DNA of 64,000 nucleotides from an uncultured delta proteobacterium (GCA_963727625.1 CAVSHR010000005.1:608001-672000); one strand, 5' to 3'; counted from the stretch's first letter, positions 1 to 10,798 are shown. A program made the numbers and translations. Notes: generated by a model not told the origin, from the sequence alone.

Positions 1-42
1 CGATTCATTTCGCTCCTGGATTCTCTATTTTCGCCCCGGCGA

Positions 43-242
43 TTGGACGCGCTGATCAATGACCCCCGCCCGGGCCCGTTCATCACGATCAACCTCCGCG
101 GTGAGCCGATTCTCGCGGTTGGAGGAAACGACGGCGTCCTGCCGGGCTTCTACAACGTCCGCCGCCATGACGCTGCGGTCGTAATGGCGCAATGCGAAGG
201 GACTAGGGCAAATCTTCGCTGCCCTTAACAAGTTGACCTATT
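43..242 (+). pseudogene. Decayed Rieske-domain fragment (aromatic ring-hydroxylating oxygenase / choline monooxygenase-like N-terminus)
   Basis: GEPILAVGGNDGVLPGFYNVRRH...LRCP* mirrors the Rieske pattern GEPI.V.RG.DG.LR.F.NVCRH...CPYHGWTY. The first Cys is lost, a stop replaces Tyr, and a degenerate tgacctat (WTY-like) follows. Confidence 0.6.
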
Positions 243-396
243 ATCTAGCAGGCGCAATCCTACGACACCGGTCGGCTGTCAGTGGGGCGTAAAGCCGGCG
301 AACACTTGTTTCACAAGCTCCTTCACGCGAGCTTGCGCGCCGGCATGTCAGAGAAAATAGAGCGCGCACCGCCGTTCCGTTACCCACCCCGCGCTT

Positions 397-425
397 TTGC
401 CAAGCCATTAAAATCGGCGTAGAAT
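397..425 (+). promoter_or_regulatory. sigma70-like promoter of argC
   Basis: TTGCCA-17 bp-TAGAAT, 32 bp upstream of the ATG. Confidence 0.55.
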
Positions 426-457
426 TCTTCTCGATTCTTGATCTCGAGGACTCAGGG

Positions 458-1414
458 ATGCCACCTAAAATTTACATCGACGGCCAGGCCGGCACGACCG
501 CGCTCAGAATCCGCGACTGGCTGGCCGGTCGAAAAGATCTTGACGTCGTTACCCTCCCCGAGGAATTGCGCAAGGATGCCGCCGCGCGAATGAAAGCGCT
601 CCAGGACGCGAACGTCGTACTCTTGTGCTTGCCGGACGATGCTGCGAAAGAAGCTGCGGCATGGCTGGCCGACTCGCCGGTGCGGATTCTCGACGCCAGC
701 ACGGCACATCGAGTCAACGATGATTGGGTGTATGGTTTGCCGGAATTGGTTGCGGGGCAGCGCGAGCGAATCGCTAAAGCCCGGCTCGTCGCCAATCCGG
801 GCTGCTACTCCTCCGCCGTGATCCTGCTCGTGCGCCCGCTCGTCGACGCCGGCTTCATCGCATCCGATGCCGCGCTGCCGATCCACGCACTTTCGGGTTA
901 TTCCGGCGGCGGCCGGGCTTTGATCGAACGCTGGGAAGATCCTCAGCGAGGGCTCTCGAAGCTCGCCTACGAAGCTCCCTACAGCATAACCAAGCTTCAC
1001 AAGCATATTCCCGAAATCATGCGCCACGGCGGGCTAAATGCCGAACCGCAATTTCTACCCAACGTCGGACCGTTTCGCTGCGGCATGCGCGTGGAAATTA
1101 TGCTGCCAAAAACTTTGCTGGCCAAACCCGCCAACGCCAAAGCGATATGGGAAGCCCTGGCGGCGCGCTACGAAAAAGAATTCTTCGTTGAGGTCGAACC
1201 GTTGACGGACGCAAGCGGGGCCGATGAATTCACCTTCGACCCGCAAGCACACAACGATACCAACCGCATCTCGCTCCGCATCCTGCCGCATCGATCGGGC
1301 CACGTCTTGCTGATGGCGCGGCTCGACAACCTCGGCAAAGGCGCGGCCGGCGTCGCGATTCAGAATTTGAATCTGATGCTCGGCGTGCCGGAGGATACCG
1401 GGTTGCCACGCTAG
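458..1414 (+). CDS. argC: N-acetyl-gamma-glutamyl-phosphate reductase (type 2)
   Basis: IYIDGQAGTTAL, LCLPDDAA, DASTAHR, ANPGCY, SGYSGGG and DNLGKGAAG motifs. Confidence 0.95.
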   Translation: MPPKIYIDGQAGTTALRIRDWLAGRKDLDVVTLPEELRKDAAARMKALQDANVVLLCLPDDAAKEAAAWLADSPVRILDASTAHRVNDDWVYGLPELVAGQRERIAKARLVANPGCYSSAVILLVRPLVDAGFIASDAALPIHALSGYSGGGRALIERWEDPQRGLSKLAYEAPYSITKLHKHIPEIMRHGGLNAEPQFLPNVGPFRCGMRVEIMLPKTLLAKPANAKAIWEALAARYEKEFFVEVEPLTDASGADEFTFDPQAHNDTNRISLRILPHRSGHVLLMARLDNLGKGAAGVAIQNLNLMLGVPEDTGLPR

Positions 1415-2266
1415 TCAGCTTCGAATGATCTTTTCCGCGACCCGCGCATTCGGCACGATTCGTATTCGCGCGGGTACGAAAGGGAGCGCCGCTCGGACCG
1501 CTCCGGCAAAACTAACCAAGCATTTTTCTTTCCGAACACTCCAGTTGAGCGCGTAACCGTCTCGCAGTTTTTCCGGCAACAAGCCGGCCGTCACGAGACG
1601 AAACAGCGGGCCGCCGGGTCTGAAAATCCACTGGCGTGGATACAGGATATCTTGAGCAAGTTTTCTGGCAGTGGGACCAACCGTAATGACATCGCCGGAG
1701 ATCATACTATCCATGTACGCGTTAAACTCGCCGGGGGAGTCGGGGATAAGTTCGTCCTTTATGCCGAACAGCGCTGCGAGTTTTTTCGAGTCTTGGTAAT
1801 AAGCCGTTGCTTGCGCTTCCGCCAACGGTGCGACAAAGAAGCTATAAGCGACCATCGCCGAGTCCATCAACGTGGCGTGAACCCAGAGCAGCAGATCTTG
1901 ATCGAAAGCGTCATATCGCACACCCGCGTGGCCCAATTCAACGTCGGGGACGATGCCGTAAACTTTCTCATGGCGGCTCGCCACGCGCTCGAGTGCGGCG
2001 CGCGCCTGCGCCTGCTCGTCGAACACGATCGACCACATGGCGCCCATCGTGCGGTGGAGACGGGCGAGGGGGTCGTCTTGAAAATGGCTATGCTCGGCGA
2101 CCCCGGCGGCAACTTTGGGATGAGCGATTTGCATGAGCAGCGCCCGCCCGCCGGCGAGCAACAGCGCCATCTCACGGTTTACCCGCCAGATTTGACTCTC
2201 CGGACTGAAGAATCCTTCATTTGAATTTGCGATAACCGTTATCCTCGTCGAACTTCTAATCAGCAA
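1415..2266 (-). CDS. Oxygenase MpaB / DUF2236 family protein
   Basis: GGRALLMQIAHP.VAAGV.EHS.F..DP..RL.RT, Y.A.D.DLLLWVHATL. Confidence 0.85.
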   Translation of the reverse strand: MLIRSSTRITVIANSNEGFFSPESQIWRVNREMALLLAGGRALLMQIAHPKVAAGVAEHSHFQDDPLARLHRTMGAMWSIVFDEQAQARAALERVASRHEKVYGIVPDVELGHAGVRYDAFDQDLLLWVHATLMDSAMVAYSFFVAPLAEAQATAYYQDSKKLAALFGIKDELIPDSPGEFNAYMDSMISGDVITVGPTARKLAQDILYPRQWIFRPGGPLFRLVTAGLLPEKLRDGYALNWSVRKEKCLVSFAGAVRAALPFVPARIRIVPNARVAEKIIRS

Positions 2267-2325
2267 ATAAACGGCTCAGCGATAACAGTCGGAAACCCGC
2301 GCACGTTTTATGCCGGGAAATCTGT

Positions 2326-3561
2326 TCACGCCGGTGTATCGCTCGGCAACGCGGTTTCCCGGATATCTTGCGCCGGGCGCTGCGCTCCCAGCAACATCCA
2401 CGGCGCCGACGCGCCCAACATTAATGAGCCGAGGCCGCAAATCAAGTAGAGCAGATCGATGCCACTCCGATCGATCAGCCAACCCGCCGAGATATTCGAA
2501 GCAATACCGGCCACGCCGCTGCCCACCATCGAGAGTACGCCCTGGGCGGTTGAACGCAATTTTTCCGGCGCGACCTCGTCGAGATAAAGCGGGCTGCCGA
2601 TGTTGAGACCGACGACGGTGATACCGTGCAGCGCCTGCACGGCGAAAAGCAGTATGGGATCGCTGATCAGCGCGCACAATGTCCATCGTAAGCCGCCGAC
2701 CAGCACGCCGACGGCGAGCAGGCCTCGCGCGCCGAGCCGTTTCAATCCGCTGCCCGTCGAGAGCACCAGCGGGATTTCGATGAGCAACATGAGAATCCAC
2801 ATATTCCGAATCGTGCCCACGTCGCCGCCGCGCGAACGCACGAACAGCGGAAACAGCCACATGGGGCCATGCATGAGAAAATGGGCGAGCAGCGAGAACA
2901 GGAGAAATCGAAAAAAGGCGCGATTATGAATCAGCTCGCGCCAATCGCCGCGCGCTGCGCGCACCGAAACAGCCCCTCTCTTGGGCAGAAAAAAAGCAAT
3001 GAAGGCGGCAGCCAGCACCAGGCTCGCGGTGGTCGGAAACATCAGGCCAAGACCCGGCTGCGAAACCGCCGACGCCGCCGCACCGTCCTTATGGGCCGGG
3101 AGAATTTTCAGCAGCCAGGGAAACAGGACGATCACAACAAAATAGCCGACAGTTCCCCAGGCGCGCACGTAACCGAAAGCGTGGCTGCCGGCGTCGCGCA
3201 AAATCGCCAGGCTCACCGAAGTCATCATCGGGAAAATGGCCGTACCGACGAAGGCCAGTGCGGCCATCGCCAGAACGATAGGCCAGAATCCGTCCGCCTG
3301 CCCCACTCCTAAATAACCGAGGGCCGTACCGACGGTTAGAAACGCCAAGGTCCGGCTGCGCGCGCCGGTGCGATCCGCCAGTTGTCCCCAGATAGGCTGG
3401 GCGATCATCCCCACCAACGGCGAGATCGCCAGGATCAAGCCGACTTCCGTGCCGGTAAGCCCAGCGTTCTCTCGAAGATAAAGACTAAAATACGGATAGA
3501 AGATTCCTAAAGAGCCGAAGTAGACAAACCAAAAAAGCGTTAGCGGAATAGAATGCCACAT
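2326..3561 (-). CDS. MFS transporter (HcaT/LacY-like MFS_1_like)
   Basis: About 12 hydrophobic segments; PYFSLYL, WGQLADRTG, FGYVRAWGTVG, LRSTAQG. Confidence 0.9.
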   Translation of the reverse strand: MWHSIPLTLFWFVYFGSLGIFYPYFSLYLRENAGLTGTEVGLILAISPLVGMIAQPIWGQLADRTGARSRTLAFLTVGTALGYLGVGQADGFWPIVLAMAALAFVGTAIFPMMTSVSLAILRDAGSHAFGYVRAWGTVGYFVVIVLFPWLLKILPAHKDGAAASAVSQPGLGLMFPTTASLVLAAAFIAFFLPKRGAVSVRAARGDWRELIHNRAFFRFLLFSLLAHFLMHGPMWLFPLFVRSRGGDVGTIRNMWILMLLIEIPLVLSTGSGLKRLGARGLLAVGVLVGGLRWTLCALISDPILLFAVQALHGITVVGLNIGSPLYLDEVAPEKLRSTAQGVLSMVGSGVAGIASNISAGWLIDRSGIDLLYLICGLGSLMLGASAPWMLLGAQRPAQDIRETALPSDTPA

Positions 3562-3748
3562 GGCGTGATGGTAGCATCGATCATCTTTCTTATCAGCCGC
3601 GACCGGGGTGTTCTCCTCGGCACCCAGCCAATTCTTACTAAGGGCGCGCTATAGTTGCAAAAGATCGCACTTGCAGCTGCCCTGAGACACGTTTTAAGCA
3701 GTGCGCAACTTGTCGATGCGGAGCGTTTCATATATTGAAACTGTCAAC

Positions 3749-5197
3749 ATGCTGTACCGCCTATTGGTAAACCAGAGCGACAAAAATCCGCGAAAGATCG
3801 CAGTTGTCGGCGAGCGACGGTCGGTTTCTTACCGCCAGCTAGTCAAGGAGGTGCGAAGCGCCGCTACCTATTTACATAAACATGGTTTTCGGGCCGGTGA
3901 TTATGTAATCCTCGGCATACCGCCAAGTCCGGAATTCTACGTCTTATTCTACGCCGCCGCCACACTAGGAATCGTTTCACTTCCGGTCCCGCCGGCGGGA
4001 AAGTTATCCTCCCATGTGAAGCCTCGCGGGCGCGTCGCCATTGCCGGGGACCAAACATTTCTGCGTAACTCGGGGAATTTCAACTTCGAAGTCGGTTTGG
4101 TTATGCCGTGGAATAGAGATACCGGTCTTGGCATTCCGACCGCAGCGGGAAAACTAAGCAGAAACAAAATCGTACGAGCGGCCGATGTCCTCGGCACCTC
4201 GACGTCAGGAACTACCGGTGAACCGGTTATTTTCACACGCTCGGCGACAGAGCTCTATCATCGTGCCCGCTTGCGCATCGAGAGCATGAAAATACGCCGC
4301 GACGACATCCTGCTCTCGGCGGGACCGTTCACGAGCGGTGTCAACGCGGTCTTTCATTTGGTCCTGCCAATTATCGCAGGCTGCCAGGTCGTGGTGTTGG
4401 AGCAATTCGACCGCCGCAAAACCGTCGATGCGATTCAGCATCGAAGGATCACCGTGCTTTGCTCCATTCCCCTCACCTTCGAGGTGCTCGCCCATCTTCC
4501 CAAGAATTACCCGGCTGATCTCTCATCGCTGCGCCTGTGCATTTCCAACGGCGCGCCGCTGTCCAAAAACATTTACCAAAGGTTCTACGAGCGATTCGCG
4601 ATCGGCATCGGCCAGATGTACGGCGGCAGCGACTTCGCACCGGCCTTCACATGCAACCGCGGCGACGCAGCGGAAGCGGTCGGGCAACGATCCGGTCCCT
4701 TTCCGACCAAAGTCGTCGGCGATCACGGCCGCGCGCTACCTAACGGCCGGGTCGGCGAAATCGTATTTGATCTCGCCGGTGTTTCGAACCGCGCCTTGAA
4801 GGCGGTTCTGCTGAAAAATCCCAATTGCCGTGGCCGTTATCTCTATACCGGCGATCTCGGGCGCTTCGATGACCGGGACAATCTGTTCGTGGTCGGACGA
4901 AAAAACTCTCTCATCAAAGTTGGCGCGGTGCGAGTCATGGCTGGAGAAGTGGAAAATGTTTTAAGATCGCATCCGAAGGTTCGTGAAACACTCGTATACC
5001 CATTACGGCCGGGAGAAACCGATGAAGCCGTGGGCGCCGTGGTGGTGCGCGATGGCGAGCTGTCCGCGGAAGATCTTATCGCATATTGCGCCCGGCGATT
5101 GGATCGATACAAATGCCCCCGGTCGATTGTGTTTCGGCGCCATTTGCCGCGCAACCAGCATGGCAAAATCAGCCCGTATTTATTCATGCATCGATAA
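3749..5197 (+). CDS. Class I adenylate-forming enzyme (AMP-binding ligase), module copy 1
   Basis: TSGTTGEP, YTGDLG, GRK..LIKVG, EVENVL..HP, LPRN.HGKI; start taken at MLYR (3749) by comparison with the paralogs at 7509 and 13269. Confidence 0.85.
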   Translation: MLYRLLVNQSDKNPRKIAVVGERRSVSYRQLVKEVRSAATYLHKHGFRAGDYVILGIPPSPEFYVLFYAAATLGIVSLPVPPAGKLSSHVKPRGRVAIAGDQTFLRNSGNFNFEVGLVMPWNRDTGLGIPTAAGKLSRNKIVRAADVLGTSTSGTTGEPVIFTRSATELYHRARLRIESMKIRRDDILLSAGPFTSGVNAVFHLVLPIIAGCQVVVLEQFDRRKTVDAIQHRRITVLCSIPLTFEVLAHLPKNYPADLSSLRLCISNGAPLSKNIYQRFYERFAIGIGQMYGGSDFAPAFTCNRGDAAEAVGQRSGPFPTKVVGDHGRALPNGRVGEIVFDLAGVSNRALKAVLLKNPNCRGRYLYTGDLGRFDDRDNLFVVGRKNSLIKVGAVRVMAGEVENVLRSHPKVRETLVYPLRPGETDEAVGAVVVRDGELSAEDLIAYCARRLDRYKCPRSIVFRRHLPRNQHGKISPYLFMHR

Positions 5198-5243
5198 CTC
5201 CTTGTACCTTGACCTGTCCAAGATAAGCATCAACGATTTATAA

Positions 5244-6116
5244 ATGAAATTTTCTCCTGTCGCTCTCTGTTACAAGACGCCGTGGCTGAGACCGGTCATG
5301 AAACAGGTTCCGTATTCCTGGCTCTACCGTTTCTGTCGGCTCAATACCGCGCTGTCAATGCATTATAGCTCGCACCGAAAAAGGTTTCTGCGCCCGGTTC
5401 GGACCGTGCTATCGGGTTACCTGAGCGATGAACGGTTATCGGAAATCTGTTACGAATATCTGGCTCAGCGTCAATATCTAAATTATTTGGAAACTATTTG
5501 GCAGCATATGACCCGGGATCAACGGCCCGCCGCTATTTTCGACGGAGCGGAGCGTCTACGCGAGGCGTTATCAAATGGCACAGGGGCAGTGTTGATCTCC
5601 GGTCATAATTACGGATTCAGTCGGATGGTAGGTCCCATCTTGGCCGACGATGGCTATGAGATTTCCCGAGCCGGCAGTTTAACTGAAGACATCGTTCGAC
5701 ACAGATGGGGTGCCGAAGCGCCGTGGCAGTATATTTATTTGACCAAAGACCCTTGGGACCGCGTCCGCGCTCTCAAACAACTTCTTTCCGCCTTGAAAAA
5801 CAACCGGATTATACATCTTCTAATTGTCAACCGTCGATTCGGCGATAAAATTGCCGAGGTGGATTTCTATGGGCGAAACTTTTTTCTCGATATCAGCACT
5901 TTTGAGCTGATCAATGGATTGCGAGCGCCAGTGCTGCCCTGTTTTGCGCTCTGTAACAACAACGGCGATTTCACTATTAAGATCCATCCGCATTTAGGCG
6001 ACACAATCGAAGAATTGACCGCCGGCTTTGCAAAACTATTTTCCTGGTATCTGAAAGAGCTTCCCCAATACGTGCGATTTTGGAAACCGTTGCTAAACCA
6101 AAAGGCGTTTTGGTAA
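5244..6116 (+). CDS. LpxL/HtrB-like lysophospholipid acyltransferase family protein, copy 1
   Basis: GAERLREALSNGTGAVLISGH, VDFYGR, APVLPCF, C-terminal PQY.RFWK; paralog of 15303 and 9500. Confidence 0.75.
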   Translation: MKFSPVALCYKTPWLRPVMKQVPYSWLYRFCRLNTALSMHYSSHRKRFLRPVRTVLSGYLSDERLSEICYEYLAQRQYLNYLETIWQHMTRDQRPAAIFDGAERLREALSNGTGAVLISGHNYGFSRMVGPILADDGYEISRAGSLTEDIVRHRWGAEAPWQYIYLTKDPWDRVRALKQLLSALKNNRIIHLLIVNRRFGDKIAEVDFYGRNFFLDISTFELINGLRAPVLPCFALCNNNGDFTIKIHPHLGDTIEELTAGFAKLFSWYLKELPQYVRFWKPLLNQKAFW

Positions 6117-6172
6117 AAGTCGCGGCATGGTTGGAATCGAACGATTGCTAAGCTCGTTCATTGAGGGATTCG

Positions 6173-6470
6173 AAGTTATACCAAACCCACGCCAAACGAG
6201 TGCACAACAGGAGCGGAAAGCGGCAGTGACCGGTGAGCGTAGAACGCTCTACTACGAGCAACTCTTGCGCGCAATGTGCCGAGCGGCGCCCTCTTTCACC
6301 GCGGTGGACTCCGGTCCGGCGCCCGCTTGCCCCTGGAATACCGCCTTGCCTAGAATTCTATATTCTCTTTTATGCGGCGCGCGGCACGGCAATCATCCCG
6401 GTGAGCCGGCTCCGGCGCTACCCCGACCGCCCATCTGCACCAATGTCGTGATCAACCTGGAATGGAATAA
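6173..6470 (+). pseudogene. Frameshifted 5' remnant of an adenylating enzyme paralog
   Basis: AVTGERRTLYYEQLLR (cf. AVVGERRSVSYRQLVK at 3749) and, in another frame, GIPPCLEFYILFYAA (cf. GIPPSPEFYVLFYAA). Confidence 0.75.
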
Positions 6471-6659
6471 GCTGCGCGCCTCCCCTCGCCCATGGAACGG
6501 CATCCGTCGGCCCGTGAGCGGAAGGGCTCGTCTTGAATTGCCGCGGCTTTTTTATATGATTGTCAGCACAACGCGCGTTTAAGTTAAGAAATCGGCGATT
6601 CTTTCTCAGGACAGCCGTAGTCTACCGTCAAACAACCGCACACGGAGATCGGAAACCCG

Positions 6660-6977
6660 ATGAACCAGGCAACGATCCGAAAGCGACTGGAACCTCTGAT
6701 TAGAAAAGTAAATCATGCAAAAGGGGCTAAAACGATTTCCGACAGCGTGATACTCTTCGGCGAAGACGGAGTGCTCGACTCCGTTGGCACAATAAAACTG
6801 ATCATGTCAGTGGAGGACGAGTTCGACATCGCCGTCGAGGAGAAAGAAATAAGCCCAACAAACTTTAAGACGATCGCCGCATTGGCTCGCTTCATAGAAT
6901 CCAAGCTGGTCGGCAGTTTAGCCTGGACGTTGGCTTGCGCTCTTTCTTTGGCGATCTCGGAGGGAACCCAGTTTTAG
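6660..6977 (+). CDS. Acyl/aminoacyl carrier protein (DltC/AlmF-like)
   Basis: GVLDSVG phosphopantetheine Ser motif; EDEFDI.VEE.EI.P.NF.TI; about 22 extra C-terminal residues relative to the 12744 paralog. Confidence 0.85.
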   Translation: MNQATIRKRLEPLIRKVNHAKGAKTISDSVILFGEDGVLDSVGTIKLIMSVEDEFDIAVEEKEISPTNFKTIAALARFIESKLVGSLAWTLACALSLAISEGTQF

Positions 6978-7508
6978 ATTCACCTCCTATACCTGTTTAA
7001 GACCTATCTGCTTCGTGGCCATCGGCGCCACCACGGCCGTGTAGATTCGCGGCGGGCCATGACGAGCCGGATCCGAATGTCCAGTGGAATCACACCGCCC
7101 TGCGATTCAACCGCGCCACGAGCGTTCTTTAGCACAGTCACTTGCTCATGAGTCGGCAGCTTTCGAAAGAGATTAAGAGAGCGTAATAAATCCTCAAGTC
7201 CCTGTGCGTTGTACAGCCGCTTTGTGAGGTAGAGCCGTTTCTCAAGGTTTCCAAACGCCTGACTTTCGCAGAATTGCCGCTCAAAAGGCCATTGCTGCGG
7301 ACCCTGCCTCTCTCTATGGAGAGATCGGTGAGCGATCCGATTCTACGCCAGATCGTTTGTTGCTTCCGTCGATGTGTCCGGTTTTTACCCGGTTGCAGCC
7401 CTTTCAACAAGATAGCATTTACGATGAACGAACTCTTCTCAACCCGGAAAGGTTCGATAACGAGACGACGTTCTTTGAAAACGAAACTCCGACAACAAAC
7501 AGTCACCC

Positions 7509-8348
7509 ATGTTGTATAGGGCACTTGATAATATCGCTAAAAAACATCCCCACAAGGTCGCAATCGTCGGCGCGCACGCCGCGTATACATTTAGCGAACG
7601 GCTGCGCCAAGTTCGCGGCGTCACGCTGCACCTACAAGACCAGGGTCTAGGCCCCGGCGATCATCTGGTCGTCGGCATTAGTCCCAGCCCGGAGTTTTAT
7701 GCTCTGTTCTTCGCCGCGGCGGCGCCGGGAATCACCACGACCTCGGCTCCAGCCTCCGGCAAACTGCCCGCTTCGATCAAGGCTCTTCAGCCCCTCGCGC
7801 TTGCCGGGAGCAAGGATTTCATCGCGACCGTAACCGGCGGCGGCATCAAACTCCGACATACAATTCTCTGGCAAGCGCAGCATGACTTGGCAATCGCGTC
7901 CCCCCCTGCGGAAATAGAAGATGCGCTGCGTTCTCATCCGCACGTTCAAGACGCTATCGTGTTTCCCGTAAGAACCAGACAAGCCGACGAGGCTGTTGGC
8001 GCGGTCGTGGTTCCGAACGGTAGAGCAACCACCGACGAGCTCGCCGAGCACTGCGCGCGCCAACTCGACGCCTACAAATGTCCCCCGACCTTTTCCTTTC
8101 GAAAGTCGTTGCCCCGCAACGCTCGTGGCAAGGTGATTCGATATCTCTATGAACAGCCGTCCGGCGGATTGCAACCGGTTAGCAACAACCGTTCACGATT
8201 GTATCGTGTGAAACAGCGCATTCGCCGGGATGGAAAAAGCTTCTCGTCGCCAAACCATCTCACCGGTGGTCGGCTCGCCGGTTACCCGCTCGCAGGACCG
8301 ATTCAATGCGTCCAAAGGCACGTTGAGGCGATTTCGTCGCAACATTGA
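7509..8348 (+). pseudogene. Adenylating enzyme, copy 2, with a large in-frame internal deletion
   Basis: The N-terminal ~130 aa and C-terminal ~85 aa match the 13269 protein, but the ~800 bp core (P-loop to TGD) is absent; junction LAIASP|PAEIEDAL near 7895-7910. Confidence 0.85.
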
Positions 8349-9352
8349 CATACAGATGGCACTCCATTAGATTCAGCGCTTCAGAAAGGACTTCTATGCT
8401 TGTCCTGTTGGCATTACTGTTATTCGTGGCTCCGACGGAGTCCGCGCACGGCAGAACCGTTAGAGTTGCGATACCAGGCTTTTCTTACGTGATCGCTTTT
8501 GTGGCCGCTCAAGAGCAAGGTTATTACCGCGAGGAAAATTTGGACGTAGAACTCGTCCGAATGCCTGTCGGGGTGGGCGTAAAAGCGTTACTGGCGGGAA
8601 ACGTCGAATTTGCCGCGATGGGCTCGGCGCTTTTTTCGGCCATCCTCGGCGGTGCCTCATTGCGAATTATCATGAGCTCCTTTCATCGACCGCTCTTTTT
8701 TCTTTACGCCAACCCCGGGCTCACGCGGCTGCAGGATTTGAAGGGGAAAACGGTCGGGGTGCCGGCACTCGGCACCGCAGGACACTCCATGCTCGTCGAA
8801 ATCTTGCAGAGAAACGGACAATTGCCCGACAGCGATATCGCGCTTGTGGGCATTGGCAGCACGGAAACCAGACTCCAAGCTCTTCTACGCGGTGTCATCG
8901 ACGCAGCGGTCCTCTCGCCGCCTTCGACTTTTCTCGCCGAAGACGCTGGATTTAGCCAGATCCTATCCTTTGTCAATCAAGACTTGGTGTTTCCCGGCGG
9001 CGGAATCGGCGTCAGCGAACAACTGCTGCGCACAGACTCTACCCACGTCGAGAATTTCGCTCGCGCAACGCTCAAGGGACACCACTACGTTTTCGCCAAC
9101 GAAACCGGCATGATTCCGCTGATTTCGAAGAGCTTGCACATGAAAAAATCTCACGCCGAAAAATATTACCGAATGATGCGCGGGGCTCTGACGCCGGACG
9201 GCACGATCGACAGTAAGAGCCAGAAACAAGCGCTCGCTCCGGCTTTACGGCTGCGCGGCGCTACTGAATCGCCACCCTTGCAGAGAATTTTTGACTTCTC
9301 TTTACTGCGCAAGCTTAATGCCGAGCTCAAAGCTGTGCGATGGAAACCGTAA
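8345..9352 (+). CDS. ABC transporter substrate-binding protein, NMT1/THI5-SsuA type (start possibly 8396)
   Basis: Signal peptide; AQEQGYYREENLDVELV, DLKGKTVGV, R.QALL.G.IDA, FDFS.LR. Confidence 0.85.
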   Translation: MTYRWHSIRFSASERTSMLVLLALLLFVAPTESAHGRTVRVAIPGFSYVIAFVAAQEQGYYREENLDVELVRMPVGVGVKALLAGNVEFAAMGSALFSAILGGASLRIIMSSFHRPLFFLYANPGLTRLQDLKGKTVGVPALGTAGHSMLVEILQRNGQLPDSDIALVGIGSTETRLQALLRGVIDAAVLSPPSTFLAEDAGFSQILSFVNQDLVFPGGGIGVSEQLLRTDSTHVENFARATLKGHHYVFANETGMIPLISKSLHMKKSHAEKYYRMMRGALTPDGTIDSKSQKQALAPALRLRGATESPPLQRIFDFSLLRKLNAELKAVRWKP

Positions 9353-9499
9353 TCTGCCGGAACTCCATCGCTGACGCGCAATCCTGCATTTGGTCCTTAG
9401 TCGAATTCGGCAACTCGCCGCAGCTCGGGAAGTCCCATCGAAGTGTTGCCGTGCCATTCTCCGATGATCGTGCGATTATAGCGTGAGCCCTTGCGACGG

Positions 9500-10377
9500 A
9501 TGAAGCTGTCGATCCTGCACCTGTTTTATCAGTGTTCTGCGCTGTATGGGTTCAGCAAGAATACATCGCTGAAACTCTCCTCGCCATTTGTCGGCGCACA
9601 GCCGGCCTATCGCTTTGCTTTACTTCAATCCGCACACGCGGAGATACTTACGACCGCTCCGCAGCGTGCTCGAATCCCAAGGCGACCCGGAGCGCTTGAG
9701 CGACATCGCCAAAAAGCATCTGGTCTACCGACGCTATCTCGACAACCTGGCCTTTGCCTGGCGCGGACAAATCCAGCGCCAACTAGACCTGTTCGATGTC
9801 GATGGGGAAGCACATCACCAAGCCGCGCTCGCGGCGGGCAAGGGCGCGATCATTTTTTCGAGCCATAACTTCGGCGTCAATCGGCTGATCTCGCCGGTGC
9901 TATCGAAGTTCGGCTATTCCATCCGCCGGGTCGGCGCCTGGGACGACGAAGCGATGACGCGACTCTGGGGCAATGAGGAGGAGCGCAGGTGGAAAAATTC
10001 CGCTCGGCGCCGATCGCTGGAGTCGCCTTCGTGCCGGCCAGCAAATTACTTCGGCTCTCAAAGGCAACTCACTGGTCTGTGTCTCGATTTCCAACCAAGC
10101 CATCGGCCCTCCGGAACAGCAGGTGTGCGTTTTTGGCAGGACTTTTTACGTCGACTCGGCAATCCTTCAGCTCTTGGAAAATCTCAACACGGTTATTCTA
10201 CCGTGTTTCGTGCTTTGCAACGATCGTGGGAGGGTCCAACTGATCTTGCATCCGCCTCTGGCCGGGACGATCGATGCAACGTCACAGACCTACTGCAAGG
10301 TATTCTCGGATTACCTCACCCGATTCCCGGAGTTTTGCCGTTTCTGGAAGCCCTTGGTACAAAACAGGCCGCGGTGG
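9500..10377 (+). pseudogene. LpxL-like acyltransferase, copy 2, frameshifted
   Basis: Three frames together align to the 15303 protein (MKLS..., ETLLAICR...FNPHTRRYL...HNFGVNR, KIPLGADRW...PEFCRFWKPLVQ); frameshifts near 9570 and 9995; stop codon lost. Confidence 0.85.
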
Positions 10378-10487
10378 CAGGTGATTTTCTTTTGCCGCAA
10401 CAATGAAATCTTCTCCTGCGAAAGTTCGCGACCGGGTAAATCCGCAAGCGAAGATGAACCCGTTATTTTTGCTCTCCGGCAATCAAA

Positions 10488-10798
10488 CTATTTTATCACA
10501 TTCGCCATACGATCGAAGACCTTGCCGCTCAACTGCCGGCTTTCGTCGCGCAGGATATTTTTCTGCACCTTGGAACTCGGCGTTTTGGGCAGCTCGCTGC
10601 GCGCGCCGGTGCGGTCCGCCAGCTGCCCCCAGAGCGGCTGAGCGATCATGCCCACTAGCGGCGAGATCGCCAGGATCAGACCCACTTCCGTGCCGCTGAG
10701 AGCGGCGTTCTCCCGCAGCTAAAGACTAAAATAGGAATAAAATCCAGTGAGCAGAAATAAACGAACCAAAAAGACGTGAGCGGAACGGAATGCCACAT
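10488..10798 (-). pseudogene. Chimeric remnant: 5' end of the MFS gene fused to the 3' end of the CaiC-like ligase
   Basis: 10596-10798 matches MFS 3355-3561 (with a premature TAG at 10719-10721); 10488-10595 matches the ligase C-terminus 16266-16375 (ELPKTPSSKVQKNILRDESRQ). Confidence 0.9.

Noticed and set aside
6980-7508. Lower-GC spacer with ORFs 7138..7524 (-) and 7274..7519 (+), considered as an IS remnant or small gene
   Set aside because: No transposase motif, terminal repeats or RBS recognised; left unannotated
10719-10721. In-frame TAG in the MFS fragment as possible pyrrolysine or readthrough
   Set aside because: Lies in a truncated chimeric remnant with other indels; it replaces a Tyr codon of the intact paralog
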